Shown here one piece after another: positions 9,960 to 19,460 of a DNA stretch of 64,000 bases. The DNA comes from Truepera sp. (GTDB lineage: Bacteria; Deinococcota; Deinococci; Deinococcales; Trueperaceae), in the NCBI GenBank assembly GCA_965218435.1, contig CBDCKW010000009.1, positions 1,024,001 through 1,088,000 on the forward strand. Reading direction: 5' to 3'. Below the pieces are notes generated by a model, which made no database searches, was not told where the DNA came from, and saw only the letters and a program-made list of their open reading frames with translations. Positions within the stretch are counted from its first letter, which is position 1, and every line of letters begins with the position of its first letter. The position numbers and the translations under genes were made by a program.

Positions 9960-12900
9960 TTGAAGTCCAAATATACGAAGCCTGAATATATAAAATCTGA
10001 CTTTACTACCTTAGCTTGGCCCAATGAACGCGACGCGTGTGGGGTCGGGTTCGTCGCCGATACCCACGGGCGCAGATCGCACAAGGTCTTGCAGCACGCC
10101 CTCACTGCGCTGGGCAACCTCAGCCACCGGGGAGCGGTCAGCGCCGACGGGTTGACCGGCGACGGTGCAGGTGTCCTGACGCAGCTGCCGCACAAGCTTT
10201 TTCGCCGTGAGTTAGCGGCGCAGGGAATTACTTTAGAGTGTGACGGCGACCTCGCCGTCGGCGTCTTTTTTGTCTCGAACGCGTCGCACTTTGAAGCGCT
10301 GTACCGCGTTGCCGCTGAAGAGATCGAAGCGTCCCACCTGACGCTCTTAGGCTGGCGCGAGGTTCCTATAGACGACGCGGCGCTCGGCGACGACGCTTTA
10401 GCACGCCTCCCGGTGATACGGCAGGTGCTGTTGGGCCGCCCCAAAGGTTTAGACGACGACGCGTTTGAACGGCTTTTGTACCTGACCCGCAAACGCCTCG
10501 AGCGCCGCTTGTCCCAAACACAGCTCGGCAATTTTTACATCCCCTCGTTTTCGCACCGGACCATCGCCTACAAAGGGCTGATGGTCGCGCCGCAACTCCC
10601 GAGCTTTTATCATGATTTGGCCGACCCGGATTTTGAAACCTCGGTTGCGGTCTTTCACCAACGTTACAGCACCAATACCATGCCGCGGTGGTCGCTCGCG
10701 CAGCCGTTCCGGTTTCTGGCGCACAACGGTGAGATCAATACGCTCCAAGGCAACGTCAACTTTATGCGGGCGCGTGAAGCGGTGCTAGAGAGCGCCCTGT
10801 GGGGCGACGACATAGGCGAGCTGTTGCCGATTATTGCCCCCGGCGGCAGCGATTCGGCGGCGCTCGACAACGCCTTTGAACTGCTTGTCCTTTCGGGCCG
10901 TGACCCGATGCAGGCGCTGATGATGCTCGTGCCCGAGGCGTATGAAGAGTTAGACAACATGGCCCCCGACGTGCGCGCCTTTTACGAGTACCACGGCACC
11001 CTGATGGAACCGTGGGACGGTCCGGCAGCCTTGGCGCTGACCGATGGCCGCTTCGCCGTGGCTGCGATTGACCGAAACGGCCTCAGACCGCAACGCTACT
11101 GGCTTGCCGAAGACGGCCTTGTCGTGGTGGGTTCCGAAGCCGGGATGGTGCCGCTGGGCGACAGCAACATCGTTGAAAAAGGGAAGCTCGAGCCCGGTTC
11201 GATCTTAGTTGTAGATACGCTGAACGGCGTTCTCTCGCGTAACGATGAGGTCAAAGCCCACGCCGCAGCGCAGTACCCTTACGGTGAGTGGTTGGCAGAC
11301 CGAATGGTCCGTGCCCCGACCTACGGGGAGGCGCAAGCCGAAGCTGACGAAATCAGCACGCGCCCGTGGGACGAAGCGGCCCTGTTACGGACCCAAAAGC
11401 TGTTCGGTTACAGCACCGAAGATTACGACCGCATCCTCGCGCCGATGGCGGTGTCCGGGGACATTCCGGTCGGTTCGATGGGCGACGACACGCCGCTCGC
11501 GGTGCTCTCAGAGCAGCCGCAGAGCCTGTACCGCTACTTTAAGCAGCGGTTTGCGCAGGTGACCAACCCGCCGATTGACCCGCTGCGCGAACGTCTGGTG
11601 ATGTCGTTAGAGACCATCTTGGGGCCGCGCGGCAAACTGCTCGAGGAAGACCCCGGTTCGGCGCAGGTGGTCACGTTTACCTCGCCGGTCGTTGATGAGG
11701 CGCAGTTTCGCTGGTTAAAAGCACAGGACTGGCTTAACCCACATGTGCTTCAGGCACGGTTTGCCGTAAAGTCGGGACCTGAAGGTCTGGAAACGGCGCT
11801 CGCTGCGCTCTGTGACGAGGCGGTTCGGGCAGTTGAAGCAGGCTCCGGGCTTATCATCTTGTCCGACCGCGAAGCTGGGCCGGAGTGGGCTCCGGTGCCG
11901 AGTTTATTGGCGACAGCGGCGGTCCATCACCGCTTGATCGAAACGGGGCTGCGGACGCTCGCGGCGATTGCCGTAGAGTCAGGCGACGCCCGTGAAGACC
12001 ACCACCTCGCGTGTCTGGTCGGTTACGGCGCGGCGGTCGTGCATCCGTATCTGGCGCTGGCCTCAGCTAGGGACGCAGCGGCCAAGGCCAAAGAACCTGT
12101 TGACGGGGCTACGGCGACAGAAAATTATCTGAAGGCGCTCGAGAAGGGCCTCCTCAAAATCATGTCGAAAATGGGCATCTCGGCGGTGTCCTCGTACCGA
12201 GCCGCGCAGATTTTTGAAGCGTTGGGCGTCTCGCAAGAGGTGATTGACCGTTACTTTCGGGGCACGCCGAGCCGAATCGGTGGAGCGGGGCTCGAGGCGT
12301 TCGCCACCGACACCCTTCACTTTCACGCTGAAGCGTTCGGCGAAGACCCCAAACTCAAAGACCGCGGGTTGTACCGTTTCCGCAAAGCGGGCGAGTACCA
12401 CGCGCTCAACCCACTCGTCTTTAAGGCGCTGCACAAGGCGGTCCGCACGGCCTCATTTGAAGCTTACGGCGAGTACGCGAAGCTGGTAGACGAGCGCCCC
12501 GCGTGCAACCTGCGCGACCTGCTGCAGTACAAAAAAGCCGACACGCCGCTCCCCTTGGATGACGTTGAGCCGGTAGACAGTATCGTCACGCGCTTTACTA
12601 CACAGGCGATGAGCCACGGCTCGGTCTCGCGCGAAACGCATGAAACGCTCGCCATTGCCATGAACCGCCTGCACGCCAAAAGCAACTCGGGCGAGGGCGG
12701 CGAAGACGCCGGACGGTTCAAACCCTACACACGTGACATGCCCGAGCTGTCGCACGCGCCCTGGCACCCCAAAGAAGGCGACTGGGGCAACAGCGCCATT
12801 AAACAGATCGCCTCAGGGCGGTTTGGGGTAACGCCGGAGTATCTGGTGTCGGCACGTGAGCTCGAGATCAAGATGGCGCAGGGTTCCAAACCGGGCGAAG

Positions 12901-14549
12901 GTGGCCAGATTCCCGGCCACAAGGTTAATGAGGAGATCGCGGCCATTCGCCGTTCGGTTCCAGGTGTAACCCTTATTTCACCGCCGCCCCACCACGACAT
13001 CTACTCGATTGAGGACTTGGCGCAGCTCATCTACGACCTCAAACGGGTCAACAAAGAGGCTAGAGTTGGCGTTAAGCTCGTCGCGTCGGCAGGCGTCGGG
13101 ACGATTGCGGCAGGTGTCGCCAAAGGCTACGCCGACAACATCCAGATTTCGGGGTTCGACGGGGGGACGGGTGCGTCGCCCTTATCGTCGGTCAAGCACT
13201 CGGGCGTGCCGTGGGAGTTGGGCCTCGCTGAGACGCAGCAGGTCTTGTTAGAAAACAACCTCCGGGGCCGCGTCTCTTTGCGGGTAGACGGCGGCATGAA
13301 AACGGGCCGCGACGTGATCGTTGGGGCGCTTTTAGGCGCGGAAGAGTACGGCTTCGGCACCTCGGCACTGGTGGCTGCGGGTTGTACGATGCAGCGTGCG
13401 TGCCACCTCAACACCTGTTCGGTCGGGATCGCGACGCAGCGCGAAGACCTGCGGGCCAAGTTTCCGGGTCAACCCGAACATGTGGTCAACTTTCTCGTCT
13501 ACGTCGCGCAGCAGGTGCGGATGATCCTGGCTGAACTCGGCTTTCACAGTCTCGACGAGGTGATCGGCCGCGTTGACCTGCTCAGCGCCAAAACGCCGTC
13601 CCACGCCAAAGCTGCGCTCGACCTGAGCGCGGTCTTACGCGACGCCGACCCAGGCGGCAGCAAGCCGCGCCGGTCGCAGGGGCGGCACAACGACCGCCCT
13701 GAACCCACGCTCCCGCTTGACGAGACGATCTACCAAGATGCGAAGGCAACGATCTCGTCGGGGGAGCCGCTGGCTAACCACTACACGATTACCAACCGTG
13801 AACGCTCGGTCGGGGCGCGGCTCGCTGGTGAGATTGCCCGCGTTCACGGCGACGCCGGACTACCTTATGGGACGGTTCAGTACAGCTTTACCGGCGTCGC
13901 CGGGCAGAGCTTTGGGGTTTTTAACATCAGGGGAGTGCAGCTGATCCTAGAAGGTGAAGCGCAAGATTACGTCGGTAAGGGGATGGCCGGCGGCGAGATC
14001 GTCGTCAAACCGCCGCCTGACGCGCATTTTGTCGCCGCGGACAACACCATCATCGGGAATACGGTGCTCTACGGCGCGACGGGCGGCAGCTTATTTGCTG
14101 CGGGGCGTGCGGGTGAGCGGTTGGCGGTCCGCAATTCGGGCTCGAGCGTCGTGGTCGAAGGCTGCGGGGATCACGGCTGTGAATACATGACCGGCGGCGT
14201 TGCGGTCGTCCTCGGGAGTACGGGCCGCAATTTCGGTGCAGGGATGTCGGGCGGCGTTGCCTATGTGCTTGACGAAGACGTAAGCTTTGAGGAGCGCCTG
14301 AACGGAGAGATGGTTTCGCTGGCGCGGCTTTCAGCGCAAGTTGACCGCGACCTGCTTAAGGCCCTCGTCGGACGGCACGCGGCGCTGACCGGGAGTGCTC
14401 ACGCCACCGACCTTTTAGGCCGCTGGGACACGGTGTTGGGCTCATTTTGGAAAGTTGCGCCTAAAACGGACGCGCCGGAGTTGGGGACGGGGCGGCTCGA
14501 ATCTCTTTTACAGGCGGCGCAGCAACCCGCCGCCCTCGGCACCGACTAA
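9960..14549 (+). CDS. gltB: Glutamate synthase large subunit
   Basis: DACGVG, HQRYSTNT, HNGEINT, EPWDGPA, QGSKPGEGG, CX5CX4C (CTMQRACHLNTC), C-terminal GXGXG repeats. Confidence 0.98.
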   Translation: MKSKYTKPEYIKSDFTTLAWPNERDACGVGFVADTHGRRSHKVLQHALTALGNLSHRGAVSADGLTGDGAGVLTQLPHKLFRRELAAQGITLECDGDLAVGVFFVSNASHFEALYRVAAEEIEASHLTLLGWREVPIDDAALGDDALARLPVIRQVLLGRPKGLDDDAFERLLYLTRKRLERRLSQTQLGNFYIPSFSHRTIAYKGLMVAPQLPSFYHDLADPDFETSVAVFHQRYSTNTMPRWSLAQPFRFLAHNGEINTLQGNVNFMRAREAVLESALWGDDIGELLPIIAPGGSDSAALDNAFELLVLSGRDPMQALMMLVPEAYEELDNMAPDVRAFYEYHGTLMEPWDGPAALALTDGRFAVAAIDRNGLRPQRYWLAEDGLVVVGSEAGMVPLGDSNIVEKGKLEPGSILVVDTLNGVLSRNDEVKAHAAAQYPYGEWLADRMVRAPTYGEAQAEADEISTRPWDEAALLRTQKLFGYSTEDYDRILAPMAVSGDIPVGSMGDDTPLAVLSEQPQSLYRYFKQRFAQVTNPPIDPLRERLVMSLETILGPRGKLLEEDPGSAQVVTFTSPVVDEAQFRWLKAQDWLNPHVLQARFAVKSGPEGLETALAALCDEAVRAVEAGSGLIILSDREAGPEWAPVPSLLATAAVHHRLIETGLRTLAAIAVESGDAREDHHLACLVGYGAAVVHPYLALASARDAAAKAKEPVDGATATENYLKALEKGLLKIMSKMGISAVSSYRAAQIFEALGVSQEVIDRYFRGTPSRIGGAGLEAFATDTLHFHAEAFGEDPKLKDRGLYRFRKAGEYHALNPLVFKALHKAVRTASFEAYGEYAKLVDERPACNLRDLLQYKKADTPLPLDDVEPVDSIVTRFTTQAMSHGSVSRETHETLAIAMNRLHAKSNSGEGGEDAGRFKPYTRDMPELSHAPWHPKEGDWGNSAIKQIASGRFGVTPEYLVSARELEIKMAQGSKPGEGGQIPGHKVNEEIAAIRRSVPGVTLISPPPHHDIYSIEDLAQLIYDLKRVNKEARVGVKLVASAGVGTIAAGVAKGYADNIQISGFDGGTGASPLSSVKHSGVPWELGLAETQQVLLENNLRGRVSLRVDGGMKTGRDVIVGALLGAEEYGFGTSALVAAGCTMQRACHLNTCSVGIATQREDLRAKFPGQPEHVVNFLVYVAQQVRMILAELGFHSLDEVIGRVDLLSAKTPSHAKAALDLSAVLRDADPGGSKPRRSQGRHNDRPEPTLPLDETIYQDAKATISSGEPLANHYTITNRERSVGARLAGEIARVHGDAGLPYGTVQYSFTGVAGQSFGVFNIRGVQLILEGEAQDYVGKGMAGGEIVVKPPPDAHFVAADNTIIGNTVLYGATGGSLFAAGRAGERLAVRNSGSSVVVEGCGDHGCEYMTGGVAVVLGSTGRNFGAGMSGGVAYVLDEDVSFEERLNGEMVSLARLSAQVDRDLLKALVGRHAALTGSAHATDLLGRWDTVLGSFWKVAPKTDAPELGTGRLESLLQAAQQPAALGTD

Positions 14550-14572
14550 ACCTGTAAAGATAACCAAGAAAC

Positions 14573-14612
14573 GTAGCAGCGCCGCTTATCTGATTGAGCG
14601 GCGCTACCGTTT
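14573..14612 (+). terminator. Intrinsic terminator after gltB
   Basis: AGCGCCGCT...AGCGGCGCT stem then ccgTTTT. Confidence 0.6.
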
Positions 14613-14791
14613 TGGAAAGATATATCGCATCAAAGCGGCAAAACTAAGCCGTACTGACGGTTGTTTTAGGCGTTATGTTCTCAAATGTGCGAGAGATATA
14701 ATCTTTTTTGCCAAATACTAAGCTACTGACTTTTTACTGCTTCTTTTTATCTTACGGTTAAACGCTGCCTGCTCACGCTAAAACCCGGTCC

Positions 14792-15526
14792 TCACGTCAA
14801 CACATCCCTAATCTTACGGACGAGTTCGCGCGGGTTAAACGGTTTTTCGATAAACGCTTGTGCGCCGAGTGCCTGCCCACGCTGAATTTGCTCTTGCTGC
14901 CGCAGCGCCGAAAGGATAAACACCGGAACCGCTGAGTGCTGCCGGATGAGTTCCAAGAGCTCAAAGCCCGTTCCACCCGGTAAGTTCACGTCGAGCAAAA
15001 CGAGGCTCACTTTATTCGCCTGACGTTTGATCAGCGCCTCCGCTTGCGGCACATTTTCGGCGGTTTCAATGCCAAAACCCTGCCGGTGCAAGATGTCGGC
15101 AATAAGTCCGCGCAGCGCGGCGCTGTCTTCGATGACCATCACCGTATGCGCCTTCTCCGGTTGCTTGGGCGCTGAGACACCGAGAAGGCGCTCTACTGCG
15201 CCGGTCAGGGCGGTGCCGGTAAAGGGACGGGCTAAAGTCGCACCGGTGTCAGCTGAGGTGGTTTCGCCGTCGGTTAAGAGTAGCGGAACACCCTGCAGAT
15301 GGGGGACGAGACGGATACGCCGAGAGAGTTCGGCGGCGCTTAAGTCGGGTAGTCGGCCGAGAATAATGAGTGACGGAGTAGTATGCTCGAGCCCCGTCAG
15401 CACCTCCGCGCCGCGCCGCGCACTGACAACGGTGTAGCCTGCGGTAGTGAGTGCCAAATCAATAAGTTTTAAGAGTCGTCCATCGTGCTCGGCGACAAAT
15501 ACACTGCGGGTTCCTAGGCTGTTCAT
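14792..15526 (-). CDS. Tandem receiver-domain response regulator (pseudo-REC plus REC, no output domain)
   Basis: C-terminal REC intact (IEDS, LLDVNLP, S, KPF); N-terminal REC degenerate (AEHD, IILGRLP, ARPF); start placed at ATG 15526. Confidence 0.85.
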   Translation of the reverse strand: MNSLGTRSVFVAEHDGRLLKLIDLALTTAGYTVVSARRGAEVLTGLEHTTPSLIILGRLPDLSAAELSRRIRLVPHLQGVPLLLTDGETTSADTGATLARPFTGTALTGAVERLLGVSAPKQPEKAHTVMVIEDSAALRGLIADILHRQGFGIETAENVPQAEALIKRQANKVSLVLLDVNLPGGTGFELLELIRQHSAVPVFILSALRQQEQIQRGQALGAQAFIEKPFNPRELVRKIRDVLT

Positions 15527-15643
15527 CAGGCTGCCCCGGCCGGTGTCGTAAGCTGCATAGCTGTATTGTAAGGGCTCGTTTCCGCTGGCAAAGCGCAAGG
15601 CTCACGTACTGCTCACCCTATTTGATAGCCTCGGCTGGCAACG

Positions 15644-16531
15644 CTACTTATCGCTCGAGAGCGCAAAGCCGCGCATAAACTGCTCTTGCAGGAGTCCGAA
15701 GACGATGAGGGGCGGGATAATCGTGAGGAGCGCCGCCGCCATCACCTGGCCCCACTCCACCCGGTCGCCCGAAACGAGTGCGTTCAGACCGATCTGCACC
15801 ACTTGCGTTTCGTTTCGCCGGATGATAATCCGCGGCCACAGGTACTGATCCCAGACATAGACAAACTGAATCACTGCGAGCGCGCCAATCGTATTCCAGC
15901 TCATCGGAATCAGAATGCTCCGTAAAAAACGGACCGGCCCCGCGCCGTCCATCTTGGCCGCGTCAGCTAGGCTGCGCGGAAGCGAGCGGAAATGCTGGTT
16001 AAACAAAAATACGCCGGTTGCCGACGCTAAAAACGGCACGATAATGGCCCAATAGGTGTTCGCCCACCCGAACCCGTATTTGATGGGCTCGAGCACGACC
16101 TGGCTTGGATTGCGAAACCATTCCCAGAACACCGCCCACGACGCCGGGGGTTGTTGCGACACGAGGTCGAACAAGGGTAAGACGAGCACCTCTAAAGGCG
16201 TGAGCAAGGTAAATAAGATCAGTCCGAAGACGAGCCGCCGCAAGGGAAAGTCAAAAAAAACGAGCGCGGTCGCCGCCATCAACGATAAGAGTGTCTTCCC
16301 AAACGTCACAGCGAAAGCGACGATCAGCGAGTTGCGCATATAGACGCCTAAATTGCCTCCCGTCCACGCGGCCCGGACGTTGTCCCAGAGCAGCGTACCG
16401 GGAAGTAAACTCGGTGAAAGAACCTGCGCCCGCGTCTGCGTCGCCTTAACGAGCGCGAACAAGATCGGCGCGGTGACGAGCAAGCACGCCAAAATCAGCA
16501 ATAGGTGAATCCAAAACGTATTACGCTTCAC
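15644..16531 (-). CDS. Carbohydrate ABC transporter permease (UgpE-like)
   Basis: Multi-TM; EAA-loop variant LADAAKMDGA. Confidence 0.92.
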   Translation of the reverse strand: MKRNTFWIHLLLILACLLVTAPILFALVKATQTRAQVLSPSLLPGTLLWDNVRAAWTGGNLGVYMRNSLIVAFAVTFGKTLLSLMAATALVFFDFPLRRLVFGLILFTLLTPLEVLVLPLFDLVSQQPPASWAVFWEWFRNPSQVVLEPIKYGFGWANTYWAIIVPFLASATGVFLFNQHFRSLPRSLADAAKMDGAGPVRFLRSILIPMSWNTIGALAVIQFVYVWDQYLWPRIIIRRNETQVVQIGLNALVSGDRVEWGQVMAAALLTIIPPLIVFGLLQEQFMRGFALSSDK

Positions 16532-16555
16532 AGGTTACCTCTCACAGGTTAGTCT

Positions 16556-17482
16556 TCACTGGTCGCCGCCGTAATAGACGCGGCGGCTGCCGAAACGAAA
16601 CTGCAAAAGTGCGATGCCCGCCACGATAAAGAGCAGCACCACACTTTGCGCCGCCGCGACGCCCAAGTTACCGGTGCCGCTAAAGCCGTCTTGAAAAATT
16701 TTGTAGATGAGCGTGGTGGTGACCCCGGTTTGCTCGAGAGGGGGCCGCCCGATGGGGCCGCCGCTCGTCATAATGTCAATTAAGCCGAACGTATCGAAAA
16801 ACGAAAACGTCAGGTTGGTAAAGACCAAAAAAAAGGTCATCGGGCTCAGCAGCGGGAAGGTTATTCGCCAAAACCGCTGCCAGCCGTTGGCCCCGTCGAG
16901 CTGTCCGGCTTCACCGAGTTCACCGGGAACGTTGCGCAGCGCCGCGAGGTAAAAGACGATGTTGTAGCCCAAGTTTTTCCAGATGGCGGCGGCGGTAACG
17001 AGCGAAAAGGTCAACACCGGCGTATCGAGCCAACGCGGGCGGATGCTAAAGACTGCGCCCAAAAAGTCGTTGACGATCCCGATCTGAGGGTTAAAGAGAA
17101 ATAGAAAGATAGTTCCGGCGACCGCTGGGGAGAGGGCGAAGGGCCAGATCAGCAGCAACCGGTACACGCGTGCGCCGCGCACGGGTTGGTTGGCTAAAAC
17201 CGCGATCCCGAGGCTCAGCAAGAGGCCGATAAAGACGACCAGCAGACTAAACACCACGGTTTGAGCAAGTGCTTGAATATAGGCCGGAGCGAGCGGGCCG
17301 GAAAAGAGCGAGCGGAAGTTTTCCAGTCCGGCAAACTGCCACGTCCCCAAAAAAAGGTTGCTGCGGTAGAGGCTCGAGACAAACGATTTCAGCAGCGGAA
17401 AATAGATAAACACCAGCAAAATAGTCAGTGTCGGCAGTAGCAGCAGCCACGCTAACGTGCGGCTCTTAAAAACAGGTTGCAC
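16556..17482 (-). CDS. Carbohydrate ABC transporter permease (UgpA-like)
   Basis: WKNLGYN, EAGQLDGA..WQRFWRITFPLLSP, SFFDTFG. Confidence 0.92.
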   Translation of the reverse strand: MQPVFKSRTLAWLLLLPTLTILLVFIYFPLLKSFVSSLYRSNLFLGTWQFAGLENFRSLFSGPLAPAYIQALAQTVVFSLLVVFIGLLLSLGIAVLANQPVRGARVYRLLLIWPFALSPAVAGTIFLFLFNPQIGIVNDFLGAVFSIRPRWLDTPVLTFSLVTAAAIWKNLGYNIVFYLAALRNVPGELGEAGQLDGANGWQRFWRITFPLLSPMTFFLVFTNLTFSFFDTFGLIDIMTSGGPIGRPPLEQTGVTTTLIYKIFQDGFSGTGNLGVAAAQSVVLLFIVAGIALLQFRFGSRRVYYGGDQ

Positions 17483-17564
17483 CTTACCTCCTCACTAAAA
17501 ACGGGTTCTGACTAAACGCGAATCTGAAACGCACGCGCTGAGATGATACCGGCTCATTTATACC

Positions 17565-17589
17565 AAAAGGGCTGCGCACTGCGCAGCCC
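17565..17589 (-). terminator. Hairpin terminator/stabiliser after the solute-binding gene
   Basis: GGGCTGCGC-3nt-GCGCAGCCC with TTTT tail on minus strand. Confidence 0.75.
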
Positions 17590-17610
17590 AAAGCTAGGGA
17601 CAGTCCTTCC

Positions 17611-18909
17611 CTAAAAGTTGCTGTTGTATTCCGCTAAGCGGGCGGCCGCTTGTTTAGCAGCGCGCGCAAGCTCGGCGTCAACTGCGCCGCCCTGAAAAAT
17701 ACGCTGCATCGTCTCTTCGGTGATAGTGCGAACCTCTTGCATGTTGCCGCTCAGCGCCCCGGCGGTCGCCTGATTGACCTTGGTGTTTAACAGCTGGTCG
17801 AACGCGACGCTGTAGTTCGGGTCTTCGTCAAACCAGCCCTCTTTTTTAAGTGCCTCGACCGACGAATTGCGTACCGGGTAGTACCCGGTCAGCTTGTGCC
17901 ACGACACCATGTTTTTGGTGTTGGTCATATACAAAACGAAGTCGAGCGCCGCGCTCTGCTCTTCGGCGGGTTTGTCTTTGACCAGCCACAAGCTCGCGCC
18001 GCCGATGACGACGCCGTTACGCTCCGCGTCGTCGGCAATCGGTAAGAGACCGGCCCCGAGTTCAAAGCCGCTCTCTTTGGCGGCGGCAGTGATGTTGCCC
18101 AAATCAGCCGTCGAGGTGATGTGAAAAACAGCTTGCTGATTGGTAAAAATGGCGTCGGAGCCGTCCCAATCCTCGAGCTTGCCGGTATAGGTGTAGTAAC
18201 CGGCGTCGTTCATCTGCTTAAAGAAGTTGGCGATGTTCTTAAAGGCGTCACTCTCATAGTTGACTTCAGTCGCGCGTCCGTCACGGCCGTTACCTTCGTT
18301 AAGTAGGTCGGCCCCTTGCTCGGCCATCCACTGCTCGAAAAACCAACCGTTTAAGCTCACGCCGAAGCATTTGGCCGATACGTCCGACGCCGCAATAGTT
18401 TTGCACGCGTCCATCATCTCACCGTAGGTTTGCGGCGGCTTTTCCGGGTCGAGACCGGCTTGTCGCATCAGCGTTTTGTTGGTGTACAAAATCGGCGACG
18501 ACGAGTTAAAGGGAATAGAATTGACCTGCCCGCCAATCGTGTAGTAGTTCAGCACGGGCTCGATGTAGTCTGAAAAATCAAAATCGCCCTCGACGTCACC
18601 AACTGGGGTAAAGATGTTGGCGTCGAGCGCGAGCTGCGACCCGATCTCGTAAACTTGGACGATATTGGGGGTGTCGCCCTGCCGCGCACCTAAGATGGCC
18701 GCCTGCAGCGTCTCCGGGTACGAGCCTTTCGATTCGACGTTCATGACAAAATCGGGGTTTTGCTGGCTCCACTCAGCGGCGCGGTCGGCAATCCAGTTTG
18801 ACCGTGGTTCGTCGGTGAAGGCGTGCCAGAAGGTGAGCTGGGTCTGAGCCTGAGCCGAGGCCAGACCTGCAGCCAGCGTAAAAGCTAACAAGAGTAACGG
18901 ACGTTTCAT
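17611..18909 (-). CDS. ABC solute-binding protein (UgpB-like, glycerol-3-phosphate/sugar)
   Basis: Signal peptide, FWHA, IVQVYEIG, SIPFNSSSPILY, IGGASLW, WHKLTGY; AAGGAG SD. Confidence 0.9.
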   Translation of the reverse strand: MKRPLLLLAFTLAAGLASAQAQTQLTFWHAFTDEPRSNWIADRAAEWSQQNPDFVMNVESKGSYPETLQAAILGARQGDTPNIVQVYEIGSQLALDANIFTPVGDVEGDFDFSDYIEPVLNYYTIGGQVNSIPFNSSSPILYTNKTLMRQAGLDPEKPPQTYGEMMDACKTIAASDVSAKCFGVSLNGWFFEQWMAEQGADLLNEGNGRDGRATEVNYESDAFKNIANFFKQMNDAGYYTYTGKLEDWDGSDAIFTNQQAVFHITSTADLGNITAAAKESGFELGAGLLPIADDAERNGVVIGGASLWLVKDKPAEEQSAALDFVLYMTNTKNMVSWHKLTGYYPVRNSSVEALKKEGWFDEDPNYSVAFDQLLNTKVNQATAGALSGNMQEVRTITEETMQRIFQGGAVDAELARAAKQAAARLAEYNSNF

Positions 18910-19460
18910 AAACTCTCCTTTGGTTAAAACGGCGCTTTGAGCAGTGTACCAGATACGTTATTGACAGATGTATCTACGTTTCTACTCGCAAGGTCAGCTT
19001 GTCAGGTACTTGTCAACGCCCCGTCAGCTCGAGGTTGGTGGACTGTTGGCTGAGGTGACCTGCAAAACCGTGTGCGAAACCGCTCACTATAAGGTTTATC
19101 ACAATTTGCTTAGTACACGGCAAAAAACAGTCTTACGAGTCTGGAACGGGCTATTCAGCCCTCTGAAAAGTAGCGGTCATGTCCCCCGAGACTGCTGTCT
19201 AGGACGATCTTTAAGGCGATCTACCGGGTCATGCTTAGGCAGACAAACATCTTCTTGTCTAGCTTATGCAACAAAGCACGTGTTGGACAAGGTTGCTAAA
19301 AAATTGTCGTGTACTTAGCACAGTTTGTTGACCCTATTGGGGCCACTTGTAGCTGACGATAGCCGCTACTGACAGGGCAAATGCCGAGTGACCTAAGCGC
19401 GGTAAGTGTGTATCCCTACGTCTGTAGCGTATCTATGCGCGGTAGGCGCACACCTTAGTT

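Noticed and set aside
18968..19318. 116-aa track ORF in the ugp-kinase spacer
   Set aside because: No SD or motifs, atypical composition, overlaps the ugp promoter region
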